Positions 28,520 to 39,371 of a DNA stretch of 64,000 nucleotides are shown here, piece after piece. The stretch is from Clostridia bacterium (GTDB taxonomy: Bacteria > Bacillota > Clostridia > JAAYHZ01). The stretch covers positions 1 to 64,000 of the forward strand of contig JBMNIH010000006.1 of the NCBI GenBank assembly GCA_050950825.1. Reading direction: 5' to 3'. The translations under genes and the position numbers were made by a program. The notes beneath the pieces were generated by a model. That model had not been told where the DNA came from and searched no databases. It saw only the letters and a program-made list of their open reading frames with translations. Position 1 is the first letter of the stretch. Every line of letters begins with the position of its first letter.

Positions 28520-28642
28520 AATGTCTTTAAATGCGGTACGGAGATGCCGACAAGGTATTAATACATAACATGCGAGCCATGTGCTATGTAAAAGGTATTC
28601 GACATGCACCCTTTATCTGCGTTTAAAGATAGGGGTTTTTTT
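28520..28642 (+). promoter_or_regulatory. PyrR-type attenuator (binding loop plus terminator)
   Basis: CTTTAA..GCGGTACGGAGATGCCG..AAGG resembles the PyrR loop; terminator ACCCTTTATCT/AGATAGGGGT-T7; lies upstream of a uracil permease. Confidence 0.7.
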
Positions 28643-28672
28643 ATGCCCTAGATGTAGAGGAGGAGCTATTTT

Positions 28673-30052
28673 ATGAAAAACAATCATCAAGTACTCGGGT
28701 ATTTACCTGATGAACGGCCGCCGATTTGGAAACTGCTGTTGTATGCTATACAGCAGGTAATCGTTATGTTCCCTGCAACGGTGGCAGTTGCCCTCATAAC
28801 GGGCTTCCACATTTCCACCACTATCTTTGCCAGCGGTCTTGCTACCATCTGCTTCTTACTGGTAACCGGAAGAAAAATTCCGCTGTATTACGGTTCCAGC
28901 TTTTCTTATGTCGCTGCAATCGGAAGTCTTATGGCTTCCAAGGAGTTGGCGAACTTAGGTTTAAACGATAAAATCGCCATTGCACAATTCGGTATCGTGA
29001 TGTCCGGTTTGGTTTCCATAGCTGCCGGTTTGATCGTAAAACGGTTCGGACAAGAATCCATTGAAAAGGTTCTTCCGGCAAGCGTGACGGGTCCTATTGC
29101 CATCGTTATCGCTTTGACCCTCGCGGGAGTTGCCATGAATGATGCGGCTACCTTTGCTACCGGAAGAATGATAGAAGCTTCCGACCAATTCGCTTCGAGC
29201 ATGGCATGGATCGTTGCTTTGGTAACGCTAATCGCTACCATCTTGTTCTCCGTTTATCTGAAAGGCTTCTGGGGACAGCTTCCTTTGCTGTTAGGTCCCA
29301 TTTGCGGATGTATCGTTGCGTATATAATCAAAGTGGCTACCGGAGTGGACTTGTTCAAGGTCCTTCCTGAAACCGCCGGAAGCGGAATCTTCGGTCTTCC
29401 CGTATTCACATTACCGAAACCCTCATGGCTTGCAGTAGCATCCATTATGCCCATTGCCATTGCAACCATTCCGGAATCTACGGCTCACGTATTCCAATTG
29501 GATATCTACGTAAACGACTTGGCCAAGAAGAAGGGTTCTTCTAAGAAGTACGACATTGCGGAAAGATTGGGCCACAACCTGATCGGGGACGGTATCGGCG
29601 ACATGGTTGCCGGATTTATCGGCGGTCCTGCAGGTACCAACTACGGTGAAAACATCAGCGCGATGGCGATCACCCGCGTATTCTCCGTTCACGTTCTCTT
29701 TGCAGCGTCCGTCATCGCCATGGTCATTGCTTGCTTCACGCCCTTGATCAACGCCATTTACGCGATTCCTACGGCGGTTATCGGCGGACTCGAAATCTAT
29801 CTTTTCGGTGCCATTGCCGTTCAAGGTATTGCCATCATGATTGAGAAACAGACGGATATGTTCAGCTCTCGAAACATTGCCGTTATTGCAACCATTTTGA
29901 TCATCGGCGTCGGCGGAAGATTCGGCTTCGACGGAACCGGTAACATCCCGTTCTTCGGCGCGGAAATTCCTTGTGTAGCCGGCGCAGCCGTTTTCGGTAT
30001 TTTGCTGAACCTGCTGTTAAGTATCCGTTTTAAGAAAAAGAATGCGGCATAG
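28673..30052 (+). CDS. Uracil/xanthine permease (NCS2 family, PyrP/UraA-like)
   Basis: YYGSSFSY and TNYGENI motifs; PyrR-like leader. Confidence 0.9.
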   Translation: MKNNHQVLGYLPDERPPIWKLLLYAIQQVIVMFPATVAVALITGFHISTTIFASGLATICFLLVTGRKIPLYYGSSFSYVAAIGSLMASKELANLGLNDKIAIAQFGIVMSGLVSIAAGLIVKRFGQESIEKVLPASVTGPIAIVIALTLAGVAMNDAATFATGRMIEASDQFASSMAWIVALVTLIATILFSVYLKGFWGQLPLLLGPICGCIVAYIIKVATGVDLFKVLPETAGSGIFGLPVFTLPKPSWLAVASIMPIAIATIPESTAHVFQLDIYVNDLAKKKGSSKKYDIAERLGHNLIGDGIGDMVAGFIGGPAGTNYGENISAMAITRVFSVHVLFAASVIAMVIACFTPLINAIYAIPTAVIGGLEIYLFGAIAVQGIAIMIEKQTDMFSSRNIAVIATILIIGVGGRFGFDGTGNIPFFGAEIPCVAGAAVFGILLNLLLSIRFKKKNAA

Positions 30053-30068
30053 AACGACATTTTATGAT

Positions 30069-30103
30069 AAGATCACAGAGAGATTTTCTCTGTGGTCTTT
30101 TTT
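30069..30103 (+). terminator. Rho-independent terminator
   Basis: AAGATCACAGAGA..TCTCTGTGGTCTTTTT. Confidence 0.75.
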
Positions 30104-30125
30104 ACTTGCTTTTTTGTGAGGTTTT

Positions 30126-31001
30126 ATGGATAAGAAAAAATTAGGCACCCTTTACATATTCATAACGGCGCTTCTTTTTAGCACCGGCGGACTTTTTATC
30201 AAGCTGTTAACCTGGTCTCCCTTGGCCATTAACGCGGCACGAAGCGCCGTATCCGTGCTGGTCATCGGAACCTATTTGAAGCTGGAGAAGGTCCCTTTGA
30301 AAGTGAACAAGTACGTGCTGCTAGGAGCCGTGTGCATGAGTGCCACCAACAACTTGTACGTTGTGGCGAATAAACTGACTACGGCGGCAAACACGATCCT
30401 GCTGCAATTTACCGCCCCGGTTTTCATTCTTCTTTTTATGTGGCTGTTTTACAAAGAAAAACCGAAAAAAGCCGATGTCATCACAAGCATTGCCGTATTT
30501 ACGGGAATCCTTTTCTTTTTCATGGATTCTCTGCAGACCGGCAACATGCTAGGAAACGTACTTGCGTTAGCCTCCGGCGCCACCTACGCCGTTGTTTTCA
30601 TGTTGAATACCTTCCCCGACGCCCATCCGGTTTCGTCGATCATATTAGGACATATGACAAGCGTCATTATCGGGGCGCCTGCCGTCTTTCGGCAGACGGA
30701 TTTTTCCTCGAAGAACATCATCCTTCTTTTGGCATTGGGGGTCTTTCAGCTGGGTGTGGCCTACATTTTATTCTCCAAGGGATTGGAGCATACCCCTCCG
30801 GTTACGGCAGCCCTCATTACCGGTATAGAGCCTATCTTAAATCCGACCTTGGTGGCCATATTCTATAAAGAAACCATGACATGGCCGGCTCTGGTAGGCG
30901 GAATTATCGTATTTTTAAGCATTATCGTTTACAACGTCTATAAATCTTCGCGTCCCGAGAAAAAAGAGTTGGTATCCGATGCCGGTCATGATAGAATATA
31001 G
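30126..31001 (+). CDS. EamA/DMT-family transporter
   Basis: Two EamA repeats; LQFTAP and IEPILNP motifs. Confidence 0.88.
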   Translation: MDKKKLGTLYIFITALLFSTGGLFIKLLTWSPLAINAARSAVSVLVIGTYLKLEKVPLKVNKYVLLGAVCMSATNNLYVVANKLTTAANTILLQFTAPVFILLFMWLFYKEKPKKADVITSIAVFTGILFFFMDSLQTGNMLGNVLALASGATYAVVFMLNTFPDAHPVSSIILGHMTSVIIGAPAVFRQTDFSSKNIILLLALGVFQLGVAYILFSKGLEHTPPVTAALITGIEPILNPTLVAIFYKETMTWPALVGGIIVFLSIIVYNVYKSSRPEKKELVSDAGHDRI

Positions 31002-31033
31002 ATTGAATATTTTTTATTTCGAAGGGAAATTTT

Positions 31034-31942
31034 ATGAAACGCAGCTTTGCCAGCATTTTTTCGGAGAAGGTTTTAAAACTAACGGGGAGTAAGCGACATT
31101 TCACGCAAAAAAAAGATTTTGTAAAGTACATGGAAAGAATGAAAAGGAAGCATGTCAAACCGTATGTGTTGCCTTCGTTTTTCAGTAAAAGGGACGATTT
31201 CGAAAAATGCGAAGTCAAGGGTATGGACGTATATCGGGTAAAAGGAGACGGTACCAACGATAAAACGAAGATTTTGTACCTACACGGAGGCGGATATACC
31301 TCCGACCCGCTGCCGTTTCACTGGTTCTATATCTTGCAATTGAAGGCCTGTACCCAGACGGACTTTTACGTCCCCGTCTATCCCAAGCTTCCCCTTTATA
31401 CCTACAAGGACGCTTTTGACAAGGTTATGGAGGTTTATGAAAACCTCTTGGAATCCAATAATGCGGAAGATATCGTATTTATGGGGGATTCTGCAGGGGG
31501 AGGGTTTGTGCTGGCTTTGGCCCAGCTGATTCAAAACAAGGGGATGCCCGGCCCACGAGACATCATTATGCTGTCGCCTTGGCTGGATATCACCATGAGC
31601 AATCCCGAGCTTCCGGAATTTGAAAAAACGGATCCCGTCTTGGGAATCAAAGGATTGATTGCAACCGGCAAATACTGGGCGGGGGATACGGACACTAATT
31701 ACTACTTGCTCAGCCCCATAAACGGTCCTTTGGAGGGCTTAGGAAGGATGACCCTTTTTGTGGGAACACGCGAGCTTCTTTGCCCGGACGCCCGGAGGTT
31801 TAAAGCCATCGCAGAGGAAAAAGGCGTTCCCTTACGATATTTCGAATATCCGGAGATGGTTCATTGTTTCCCCATTCATCCCATCCCCGAAGCCAAAGAA
31901 GCCAACGAGATTATCGTGAAAACCATATTAAACGAAGAATAG
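31034..31942 (+). CDS. Alpha/beta hydrolase (HSL-type esterase)
   Basis: HGGG, GDSAGG, LSPWLD and catalytic His in MVHCF. Confidence 0.9.
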   Translation: MKRSFASIFSEKVLKLTGSKRHFTQKKDFVKYMERMKRKHVKPYVLPSFFSKRDDFEKCEVKGMDVYRVKGDGTNDKTKILYLHGGGYTSDPLPFHWFYILQLKACTQTDFYVPVYPKLPLYTYKDAFDKVMEVYENLLESNNAEDIVFMGDSAGGGFVLALAQLIQNKGMPGPRDIIMLSPWLDITMSNPELPEFEKTDPVLGIKGLIATGKYWAGDTDTNYYLLSPINGPLEGLGRMTLFVGTRELLCPDARRFKAIAEEKGVPLRYFEYPEMVHCFPIHPIPEAKEANEIIVKTILNEE

Positions 31943-31963
31943 ACAAAATATTGAATCCGATAT

Positions 31964-31993
31964 CAAAAAAACCCGGTTTTAACCGGGTTTTTT
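31964..31993. terminator. Bidirectional terminator
   Basis: AAAAAAACCCGGTT-TT-AACCGGGTTTTTT. Confidence 0.8.
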
Positions 31994-32019
31994 GAATCCA
32001 AGGAATAAATTCTATTCCA

Positions 32020-33816
32020 TTATGCGTTCTTTAAACGTTGTTCCAAAGCTTCCAATTGATCGCGGAGTTCCTTCGGCATCTTGTCACCGAATTGGGCGTA
32101 ATATTGCTTAATGGATTCCACTTCTTGGAGCCATTCTTCTTTGTTAACGGCTAAAAGTTTGTCCATGGTTTCTTTGCTTACGTTCAAGCCTTCGGTGTCA
32201 ATGGCATCTTCGGTAGGCATTCTTCCGATGGGTGTGTCTACATGTTTGCCCGTTCCGGTCACTTCTTCGAAGATCCATTTCAATACACGGCTGTTTTCAC
32301 CGAATCCCGGCCACATAAAGTTGCCTTGTTCGTCTCTGCGGAACCAGTTCACATAGAAGAGCTTCGGCAGCTTGTCGCTCTTTTTGCCCATGTCAATCCA
32401 GTGTTGCAGATAATCGCACATATGATATCCTGCGAAGGGCAGCATAGCGAAAGGATCGCGGCGAACTTGGCCGATTTTATCGGAAATCGCGGCGGCGGTG
32501 ATTTCGGAACCCATGATGGAGCCCATAAATACACCGTGGTTCCAGTCAAAGCTTTCATGTACCAAAGGAATGGTGGTCTTGCGGCGGCCGCCTACTAAGA
32601 AAGCGGAAATGGGCACGCCCTTCGGATCTTCCCATTCGGGAGCGATGGAAGGACATTGTCTTGCGGGAGCGGTGAAGCGGGCATTGGGATGAGCCGCTTT
32701 TTCTTTGGAATCCGGTGTCCAGTCGTTTCCTTTCCAGTCGATCAAATGATCCGGAGCTTCCGTTCCGATTCCTTCCCACCATACGTCTCCGTCATCCGTT
32801 AAAGCCACGTTGGTGAATATGGTGTTCTTTTCAACGGATCTCATGGCGTTGGGGTTCGAGTCATAGGATGTACCGGGTGCAACTCCGAAGAACCCTGCTT
32901 CCGGATTGATGGCATAAAGACGTCCGTCTTCGCCTAACTTCATCCATGCAATGTCGTCGCCTACGGTTTCAACTTTCCAACCGGGAATGGTGGGAACCAA
33001 CATGGCCAGGTTCGTCTTTCCGCATGCGCTGGGGAATGCACCTGCCACGTAAATTTTCTTTCCTTCGGGATTGGTGATTCCTAAGATTAACATGTGTTCA
33101 GCCAACCAGCCTTCGTCGCGAGCTTGAACCGATGCGATACGAAGAGCGAAGCACTTTTTGCCTAACAAAGCGTTTCCGCCGTAACCGGAACCGTAGGACC
33201 AAATGGTTCTTTCTTCGGGGAAATGGCTGATGTATTTTCTGTCGATGCTGTTTTCGCAAGGCCATGCAACGTCCTTTTGTCCCTTTTCCAAAGGAGCGCC
33301 TACGGAGTGGAGGCATTTTACGAATTCGCCGTCATCGCCTAATGCTTTCAATACGTCATCGCCTATACGGGTCATGATTCTCATGTTGACTACAACATAA
33401 GGGCTGTCGGTGATTTCAATCCCTATTTTGGAGATAGGGGAACCGATGGGACCCATGGAGAAAGGAATAACGTACATGGTACGACCCCTCATGCAGCCTG
33501 TATATAACTCGGTCATTTCTTTCTTCAGTATGACGGGATCGATCCAGTTGTTGGTGGGACCTGCATCTTCTTTACGTTTCGACGCGATGAAGGTTCTTTC
33601 TTCAACACGGGCTACGTCGGAAGGATGGCTGCGGAACAAATAGCATCCGGGACGTTTTTCAGGGTTTAACTTGACACATGCGCCCGCCGCTTCCATTTCG
33701 TCTAAAAGGCGTTGGTTCTCTTCGTCGGAACCGTCGCACCAGTAAACGCGATCAGGCTTACACATTTCTTCAATTTCTTTTACCCATGCTAATAGTTCTT
33801 TGTGTTTTGTTTTCAT
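32020..33816 (-). CDS. pckG: Phosphoenolpyruvate carboxykinase (GTP)
   Basis: [19 protein letters not shown] and [18 protein letters not shown] motifs. Confidence 0.96.
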   Translation of the reverse strand: MKTKHKELLAWVKEIEEMCKPDRVYWCDGSDEENQRLLDEMEAAGACVKLNPEKRPGCYLFRSHPSDVARVEERTFIASKRKEDAGPTNNWIDPVILKKEMTELYTGCMRGRTMYVIPFSMGPIGSPISKIGIEITDSPYVVVNMRIMTRIGDDVLKALGDDGEFVKCLHSVGAPLEKGQKDVAWPCENSIDRKYISHFPEERTIWSYGSGYGGNALLGKKCFALRIASVQARDEGWLAEHMLILGITNPEGKKIYVAGAFPSACGKTNLAMLVPTIPGWKVETVGDDIAWMKLGEDGRLYAINPEAGFFGVAPGTSYDSNPNAMRSVEKNTIFTNVALTDDGDVWWEGIGTEAPDHLIDWKGNDWTPDSKEKAAHPNARFTAPARQCPSIAPEWEDPKGVPISAFLVGGRRKTTIPLVHESFDWNHGVFMGSIMGSEITAAAISDKIGQVRRDPFAMLPFAGYHMCDYLQHWIDMGKKSDKLPKLFYVNWFRRDEQGNFMWPGFGENSRVLKWIFEEVTGTGKHVDTPIGRMPTEDAIDTEGLNVSKETMDKLLAVNKEEWLQEVESIKQYYAQFGDKMPKELRDQLEALEQRLKNA

Positions 33817-34391
33817 AATTTATCTCCCTTCAAAAATATCTGTTATGAACCCTCTAATCAGTGACCCTGTCGCATTAAAGGGTGATATTTAGCTGCTAAT
33901 AATTAGAAACCCGATTGTTTATAATAATTTGTCCTGAAAAATCTATATCTATGCTAGATTAACACAAGTATACCGGAAAATCAACATCGAATCCGGAGAA
34001 CGTGAAATTTTTAACCGACATTTTACAATATTTTTATTTAAAAATTTCGTCTTATCTTTGATTTTGCATAAAAAAAGGACCCCTGAGGGGGTCGTCTTTC
34101 TTTTTTTGCATACTTTCATGTTTCATTTTTCAAAATGTTTTTGATTTATTGAAAATAGATTCCGTAGCTTGCCAAGGTGATATCGGTTCCGATTACAACC
34201 TTCATTCCGATGAAAACCTTTTCGAAGAGCTCTTCCGAGTCGCTGTTGTGCATACGGATACATCCTAAGGATACGTATTTGCCGATGCTGTTTTCATCGT
34301 TGTTTCCGTGAATCCCGTAGGTATAGCCTCCTCCGATGTCCAAACCCATCCAGCGTTTCCCTAAAGGATTATCCGGGGAGCCGCCTGCAAC

Positions 34392-35173
34392 GTAAAATAA
34401 TGCAATTACCGGATAAGTATGAGGGGCTGCGTTGCCGGATCATAGAGCTTTTTGAAGAAAACAACAAGCGGTATGGATATCGTCGGATCCATGCCCTACT
34501 AGCACGTGAAGGCATCAGTGTTTCTGAAAAAGTTGTACGACGCATAATGATGGAATGTAGTCTGACCGTAGTCTTCAGGAAGAAACGCAAATACAATGCA
34601 TACCGGGGAGAAAAAGCACCTGCTGCCGAGAACCTGATCAAGCGCGATTTTCACGCAGACGCTCCAAACACCAAGTGGCTCACCGATATAACAGAGTTTT
34701 CGATCCCAGCCGGGAAAGTTTACCTTTCTCCGATATTGGACTGTTTTGATGGTCTAGTAGTCAGTTGGTCGATAGGGACAAGCCCTGATGCCAACCTTGT
34801 TAACAGCATGCTGGACCGTGCATTGGAAACACTTGATGACGGCTCGTGGCCGTTGATCCATTCGGACCGTGGCGGTCATTATCGCTGGCCGGGATGGCTG
34901 TCAAGAATAGAGAAATATGGTCTTAAACAATCAATGTCCAGAAAGGCCTGCCCCCAGGACAACGCAGCCTGTGAAGGATTCTTTGGCCACGTAAAAAGCG
35001 AGATGTTCTATAACAGGTCATGGAACGGAGTAAGTATAAGCGAATTCATTGATGTTTTGGATAAATATCTTGTTTGGTATAATGAGAAAAGAATCAAGTT
35101 ATCGTTGGGTGCCATGAGTCCAGTTGAGTATCGAAAAAACCTTGGATTAGCAGTATAATTAGTCCAAGATTTT
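34392..35173 (+). mobile_element. Truncated IS3-family fragment (OrfB only, 782 bp)
   Basis: ORF 34400-35158 has WLTDITEF, HSDRGGHY and DNAACEGFFG; no orfA, no left IR, no TSD. Confidence 0.88.
34400..35158 (+). CDS. IS3-family transposase OrfB, 5'-truncated
   Basis: HTH_21 plus rve integrase core motifs. Confidence 0.8.
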   Translation: MQLPDKYEGLRCRIIELFEENNKRYGYRRIHALLAREGISVSEKVVRRIMMECSLTVVFRKKRKYNAYRGEKAPAAENLIKRDFHADAPNTKWLTDITEFSIPAGKVYLSPILDCFDGLVVSWSIGTSPDANLVNSMLDRALETLDDGSWPLIHSDRGGHYRWPGWLSRIEKYGLKQSMSRKACPQDNAACEGFFGHVKSEMFYNRSWNGVSISEFIDVLDKYLVWYNEKRIKLSLGAMSPVEYRKNLGLAV

Positions 35174-36290
35174 GGGAGGCATCCTTCCGGCTCCGCCCCA
35201 TGCGGGATTGACCAGCTTGTTAACTACCCTAAAGCTTCCTTCGGGGGTGTAGCCTGCCAATTTCCCGGTAGCGACGGGATATGCTTTCAGAATGTTTTTT
35301 CCGTCCATATGGTACAGCATATTGCCGCTTAAATTGATAATAATCCATTCCGTTTCTTCCGGATTTTTTGTGAAAGCCACCGATACCTCCGGAATTTCCA
35401 AACGATTTTCTTTCATATCCCGGTTCATGGCACCGTATGTATTTCTACCGACAATACCGTCCGAAACCAGGTTGTTTTTCCTTTGGTAATCTCGAACCGC
35501 TTCCACGGTGGCCCAATCGTATGTAAAGTTCAAGGGTATGTTCTCGTATCCCATTGCCTTTAAGAACCTTTTGATTCTCAAAACCTCTTGGTTCGCCATC
35601 CCGTACATCAGAACCGGGCCGTTAGGGTCAAACTCCGTTACGGTTATGTCCTCCGCATTTCGGTCCTCTTCGCCTTCTTCAGGGTATGTAGCTTCTTCCT
35701 CCGTTTCTTCCTCCTCCGTCTCCTCCTCGGGTTCTTCTTCCGGTACCGTTGTATTCGGTTCCTCTATGTCAGGTTCTTTTTCCGTTTCCTTTTCTTCTAC
35801 TTCATCTACAGGCTTATCATCTATATCTTGAGAACCGCTTTCTTGCCGGTCCTCGTTGACATTTTCCGGGCTTTCCTGTTCTTCAGCGGAAGAGTCGGTA
35901 TTCGATGAAGATCCGGTTTCGTTTTCCGTGATCGCCGGATTTTGATCGTATGTACTGTCGGCAGGGTCCATGGCTTGCGTGAACAAAAGGTTCGACAAAA
36001 GCAGTACGGTTAATATAACCGTTAAAAAGCGTTTTACATATCTCATCGATCTCTCCTCCTTCTTTAAATGTTATATAATGTAAAATTAGTTGATAATTCA
36101 TTGTATTCCGCATTAACGGAAAATGATATAAAAACTATCTACACTTATTAGACGTATCCTATCGAGAAAATGTTTCGTATGTACAAGGCTAAAATTAAAA
36201 ACCTTTCTTCCCGAAGATATGGTAAGATACAGGTAGGAAAGATCTTCCTTGTTATATCCGCAATCCTCCGGGGCAGAAAGGAGATGACCT

Positions 36291-37160
36291 ATGTCTCGAT
36301 ATTTGATTATCAACGCGGACGACTACGGCGTTTGTCCGGAAACAAACGAAGCCGTAGAAGAGGCTTTCAATAACGGCTGCTTGACTTCTTGTACGGTGAT
36401 GCCGCCGGCTTTCGCCTCCATAGACGCCATTGAACGGGCCAAAAGAAATCAAAAAATCAAAATGGGCCTTCACATCACGTTAAATAGCGAATACAAAGAC
36501 GACCCGTGGAGGAGTATCGCTCCGCCTTCCTTTGTATCTTCTTTATTGGAATCCGGCTTGTACATCCGAAGGAACACGGAGGATTTATACCGCCATGCCG
36601 TATCCGAGGAAGTGGAAACGGAAATTTTCGCCCAATATCGGTACATAGCGGATCGAGGATACAAACCGACCCATGCGGACAACCACTGCGGTACCGTTTA
36701 CGGATTTACGGGGAGGCCGTTTTACGATCCGGTGTTTTCCTTATGCAGCCGTTACAAGCTTCCTTTTCGTTTGCCGAAAAGAAAAACGTATTTGGAAACG
36801 GCTTACGGCGGAAGAATTCCGGAGCATACGGACCGACTCCACTCGGAAGCGGTGGAAAAGGCCGCCCGATTGGGAATTCCTTTGCCGGACGATTTGGTTA
36901 CCAATCACGAAGGATTAAGAGACATTCCTTCCTATGAATATTTAAAATTTTTCTATATCCGTACCGTCGTGAATTTGAAGGAAGGCATCACGGAGCTGTA
37001 TATGCACCCCTCCAAAGAAAGCAAAACCGTAAAGCTTCCCGGAGGCATAAAAAGAGTGTGGGAATACCGGGTGCTGTTAGACGACGACTTTAAAAAGACC
37101 ATTGAAAGGGAAGGAATTAATCTCGTTTCATACGATACGGCACCCTTCCGTTGCGGATGA
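36291..37160 (+). CDS. ChbG/YdjC-family carbohydrate deacetylase
   Basis: IINADDYG, GLHITL, THADNH and ELYMHP motifs. Confidence 0.9.
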   Translation: MSRYLIINADDYGVCPETNEAVEEAFNNGCLTSCTVMPPAFASIDAIERAKRNQKIKMGLHITLNSEYKDDPWRSIAPPSFVSSLLESGLYIRRNTEDLYRHAVSEEVETEIFAQYRYIADRGYKPTHADNHCGTVYGFTGRPFYDPVFSLCSRYKLPFRLPKRKTYLETAYGGRIPEHTDRLHSEAVEKAARLGIPLPDDLVTNHEGLRDIPSYEYLKFFYIRTVVNLKEGITELYMHPSKESKTVKLPGGIKRVWEYRVLLDDDFKKTIEREGINLVSYDTAPFRCG

Positions 37161-37182
37161 AACGAAATATCTATGGAATATA

Positions 37183-37211
37183 TTGACTTGTATTCTCAAG
37201 AATGTTATTAT
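37183..37211 (+). promoter_or_regulatory. Putative sigma-A promoter
   Basis: TTGACT-17-TATTAT with an extended TG. Confidence 0.55.
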
Positions 37212-37372
37212 GATACATGCCATATATAGGTATTTTGTATACAGAGAAAGGTAACGTAAAAGCAATATTTCCTTATACAGGAAAGGTGATTTTAGTTGTT
37301 CTTGCCTTCGGAAAGCACGCTTTATATATCCGAAGGCGACTTGGGCAACGGGTTGTGTGATATATATATATA

Positions 37373-39331
37373 TGATTCTACTGCAAAAAGATCATTCTTA
37401 CGCTCGTAAAATTACACTAATGACATAATAAAATCCAATTTATGGTATTCAATTGCGATAAACGTCCCGAATTTGGGTATCAGCTACCTCGATTCGATAT
37501 CAAATCGAGGTAGTTTTCATATGTTTTTTACCTTTTGCCTAATAAAAGGCACAATAATCCCTTTTGTTTGTCAAGTTGTTACTTTTGCATATCCGCCTTG
37601 CAAAAATTTGATAACTCGTTTTATGTTCTGCGCCATTGATAAGAATCCGCATACAACGGTTGATTTAATCAAACCGCGTACCTTCATATTATTCAGTCCT
37701 GTGCGTTTCAACGCCGAAACGGTTCCTTCGATTCCCGCTCTCTTACTAACGTTTTCCTTCCTGCAAGTGGCTATTTCTTCTCGTTTCCTTGCGGTTTCCA
37801 TTGCTTTTTCACTGATTCTCACCACACAGTTTTTGTTCTGTTGCTTGCTGTAGCATCTGTTAAAATGCTCGCATTGCAGACAAACATCTTTTTCGAAGTA
37901 TGCCACCAATTGTCCTTTCGCTCTAACCGATCGGAAAGGCATATGACCCGCAGGGCATTTTTCAATCAATCCCGTTTCTTCTTTTATTTCAAACTCACTC
38001 ACCGAGATCTTGTCCGACGGCTTCCGTCCGCACATGTCCGTCAAATGGATTTGGACATCATTGGCTTCCGCGGCTTTGTATACATCTTCCGAGTGAAAAC
38101 CTCCGTCTATGTACATGTCGGTACATCCGGTGTTTTCTTTGACCTTTCGGATTCGCCCGCTTAATATTTCTTTGTCGCTTACAATGTTGGGCTTAACGGC
38201 GTAATCGGTAATCAATTGAACTTTGTTGTCTTTCGAGCAGGTTTCCGATACCTCAAGTACATAGCCGCTTTGCCCTTTATTGCCTTTCTTTCGATAGGTG
38301 GCGTCCTCGTCATAGGCGGATTGAAGCGAATCGGACGAGATTTCTTTGCTCTTCTTCGGTACAAGGTTACCGTTTTTATCGGTCTCCGACTGTTCTTTGA
38401 TGAACCGTTCCGGTATGCGAACTTCGTCCGATTCTTTCTTGTCGGGCAGTTCCTTCAATATCTTGAGAGCTTCCGCGCTCATAGACAAAAGCGTCGTAAG
38501 CCTGCTTTCCGTATCGACGGTTCTTACCTTATGCAGCATTTCGGTTTTGAAATCCTTTTCAAGAACCTTCCCCATTGATTCGGGTCTTTGTTCTTTCGGA
38601 ATGGCTTTTACCCCTTTCTCCAATACGTCGTAAGCCAATGCCAATCGACCCGCTTTCTTGATATTGCTTACGAACATGGTCGTATCGGTTCTTTGTTCGT
38701 CGAGCGAGGTTCCCGTCAGTTTCGCAAAATTCCTCAGTAACTCTATGAATTGACCGAATAAGAGGTTTTCGTCCTCGGGATGCTCCGTCAAATATTCATA
38801 TACTCTTTCCCGAAAGTAATACAGCGTTCTTTCCGATATGTAAATCTCGCCAAGCGTTTTCCCTCCGACGGCATAAGTCGTTTGATAATCAAGATATAGG
38901 GAATCCAAAAGATCTTGATCATTCAGATCTTTCATATACTTGATATATTCCAAAGACAGCAATATATTCACAGGTGTATTCGGTCTGCCTGTCTTGCTGT
39001 ACAATTTCGCAAAAGGTTCTTCGTTGATATGGCAAAATACATGTTCATAGAATACAGGTGCCCAAGATTTTTTAAATCTTTCGCGTGCTTTTTCATGCAT
39101 CCAATCGAGACTTGAGAAAATCGGTTGTTGTTTATGTGAATCGTTTGCTCTGAACATAAAATATATCTCCGGAAAATTCAAAATATGGATTAATGAAACA
39201 TATCTATTTTACCATAAAACCTGCCTCAAGTCTAGTATTTTCAAGTGTTTCGAGGCTTTTTAATAGCCTTTTATGAAATTTTCTAGGTACATAAAATGTA
39301 TAGATTTACTTGAGTTTTTGCAGTAGAATCA
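37373..39331 (-). mobile_element. IS1182-like element, copy 3 (1959 bp, intact), TSD TATA
   Basis: Same terminal IRs as copy 2; TATA at 37369-37372 and 39332-39335. Confidence 0.93.
37571..39157 (-). CDS. IS1182-like DDE transposase, intact
   Basis: GRP motif in a DUF772-like N-terminus; D residues in RTDTT and YIDGG; CPAGH..CxxC..C and RAGIEGT..LKR C-terminus. Confidence 0.9.
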   Translation of the reverse strand: MFRANDSHKQQPIFSSLDWMHEKARERFKKSWAPVFYEHVFCHINEEPFAKLYSKTGRPNTPVNILLSLEYIKYMKDLNDQDLLDSLYLDYQTTYAVGGKTLGEIYISERTLYYFRERVYEYLTEHPEDENLLFGQFIELLRNFAKLTGTSLDEQRTDTTMFVSNIKKAGRLALAYDVLEKGVKAIPKEQRPESMGKVLEKDFKTEMLHKVRTVDTESRLTTLLSMSAEALKILKELPDKKESDEVRIPERFIKEQSETDKNGNLVPKKSKEISSDSLQSAYDEDATYRKKGNKGQSGYVLEVSETCSKDNKVQLITDYAVKPNIVSDKEILSGRIRKVKENTGCTDMYIDGGFHSEDVYKAAEANDVQIHLTDMCGRKPSDKISVSEFEIKEETGLIEKCPAGHMPFRSVRAKGQLVAYFEKDVCLQCEHFNRCYSKQQNKNCVVRISEKAMETARKREEIATCRKENVSKRAGIEGTVSALKRTGLNNMKVRGLIKSTVVCGFLSMAQNIKRVIKFLQGGYAKVTT

Positions 39332-39371
39332 TATATAATTACTATATATATAAAAATAAGGAGGTAGAGAA

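Larger units (their letters stand above)
34146..36046 (-). pseudogene. L,D-transpeptidase (YkuD) with peptidoglycan-binding domain, split by an IS3 fragment
   Basis: 36046-35174 joins in frame with 34391-34146 (GRMPP|VAGGSPDNPLGKRWMG..IHG..SLGCIRM), giving 372 aa. Confidence 0.88.

Noticed and set aside
35640-35930. Low-complexity Glu-rich stretch
   Set aside because: It is an ordinary acidic linker in the L,D-transpeptidase, not a separate repeat element.
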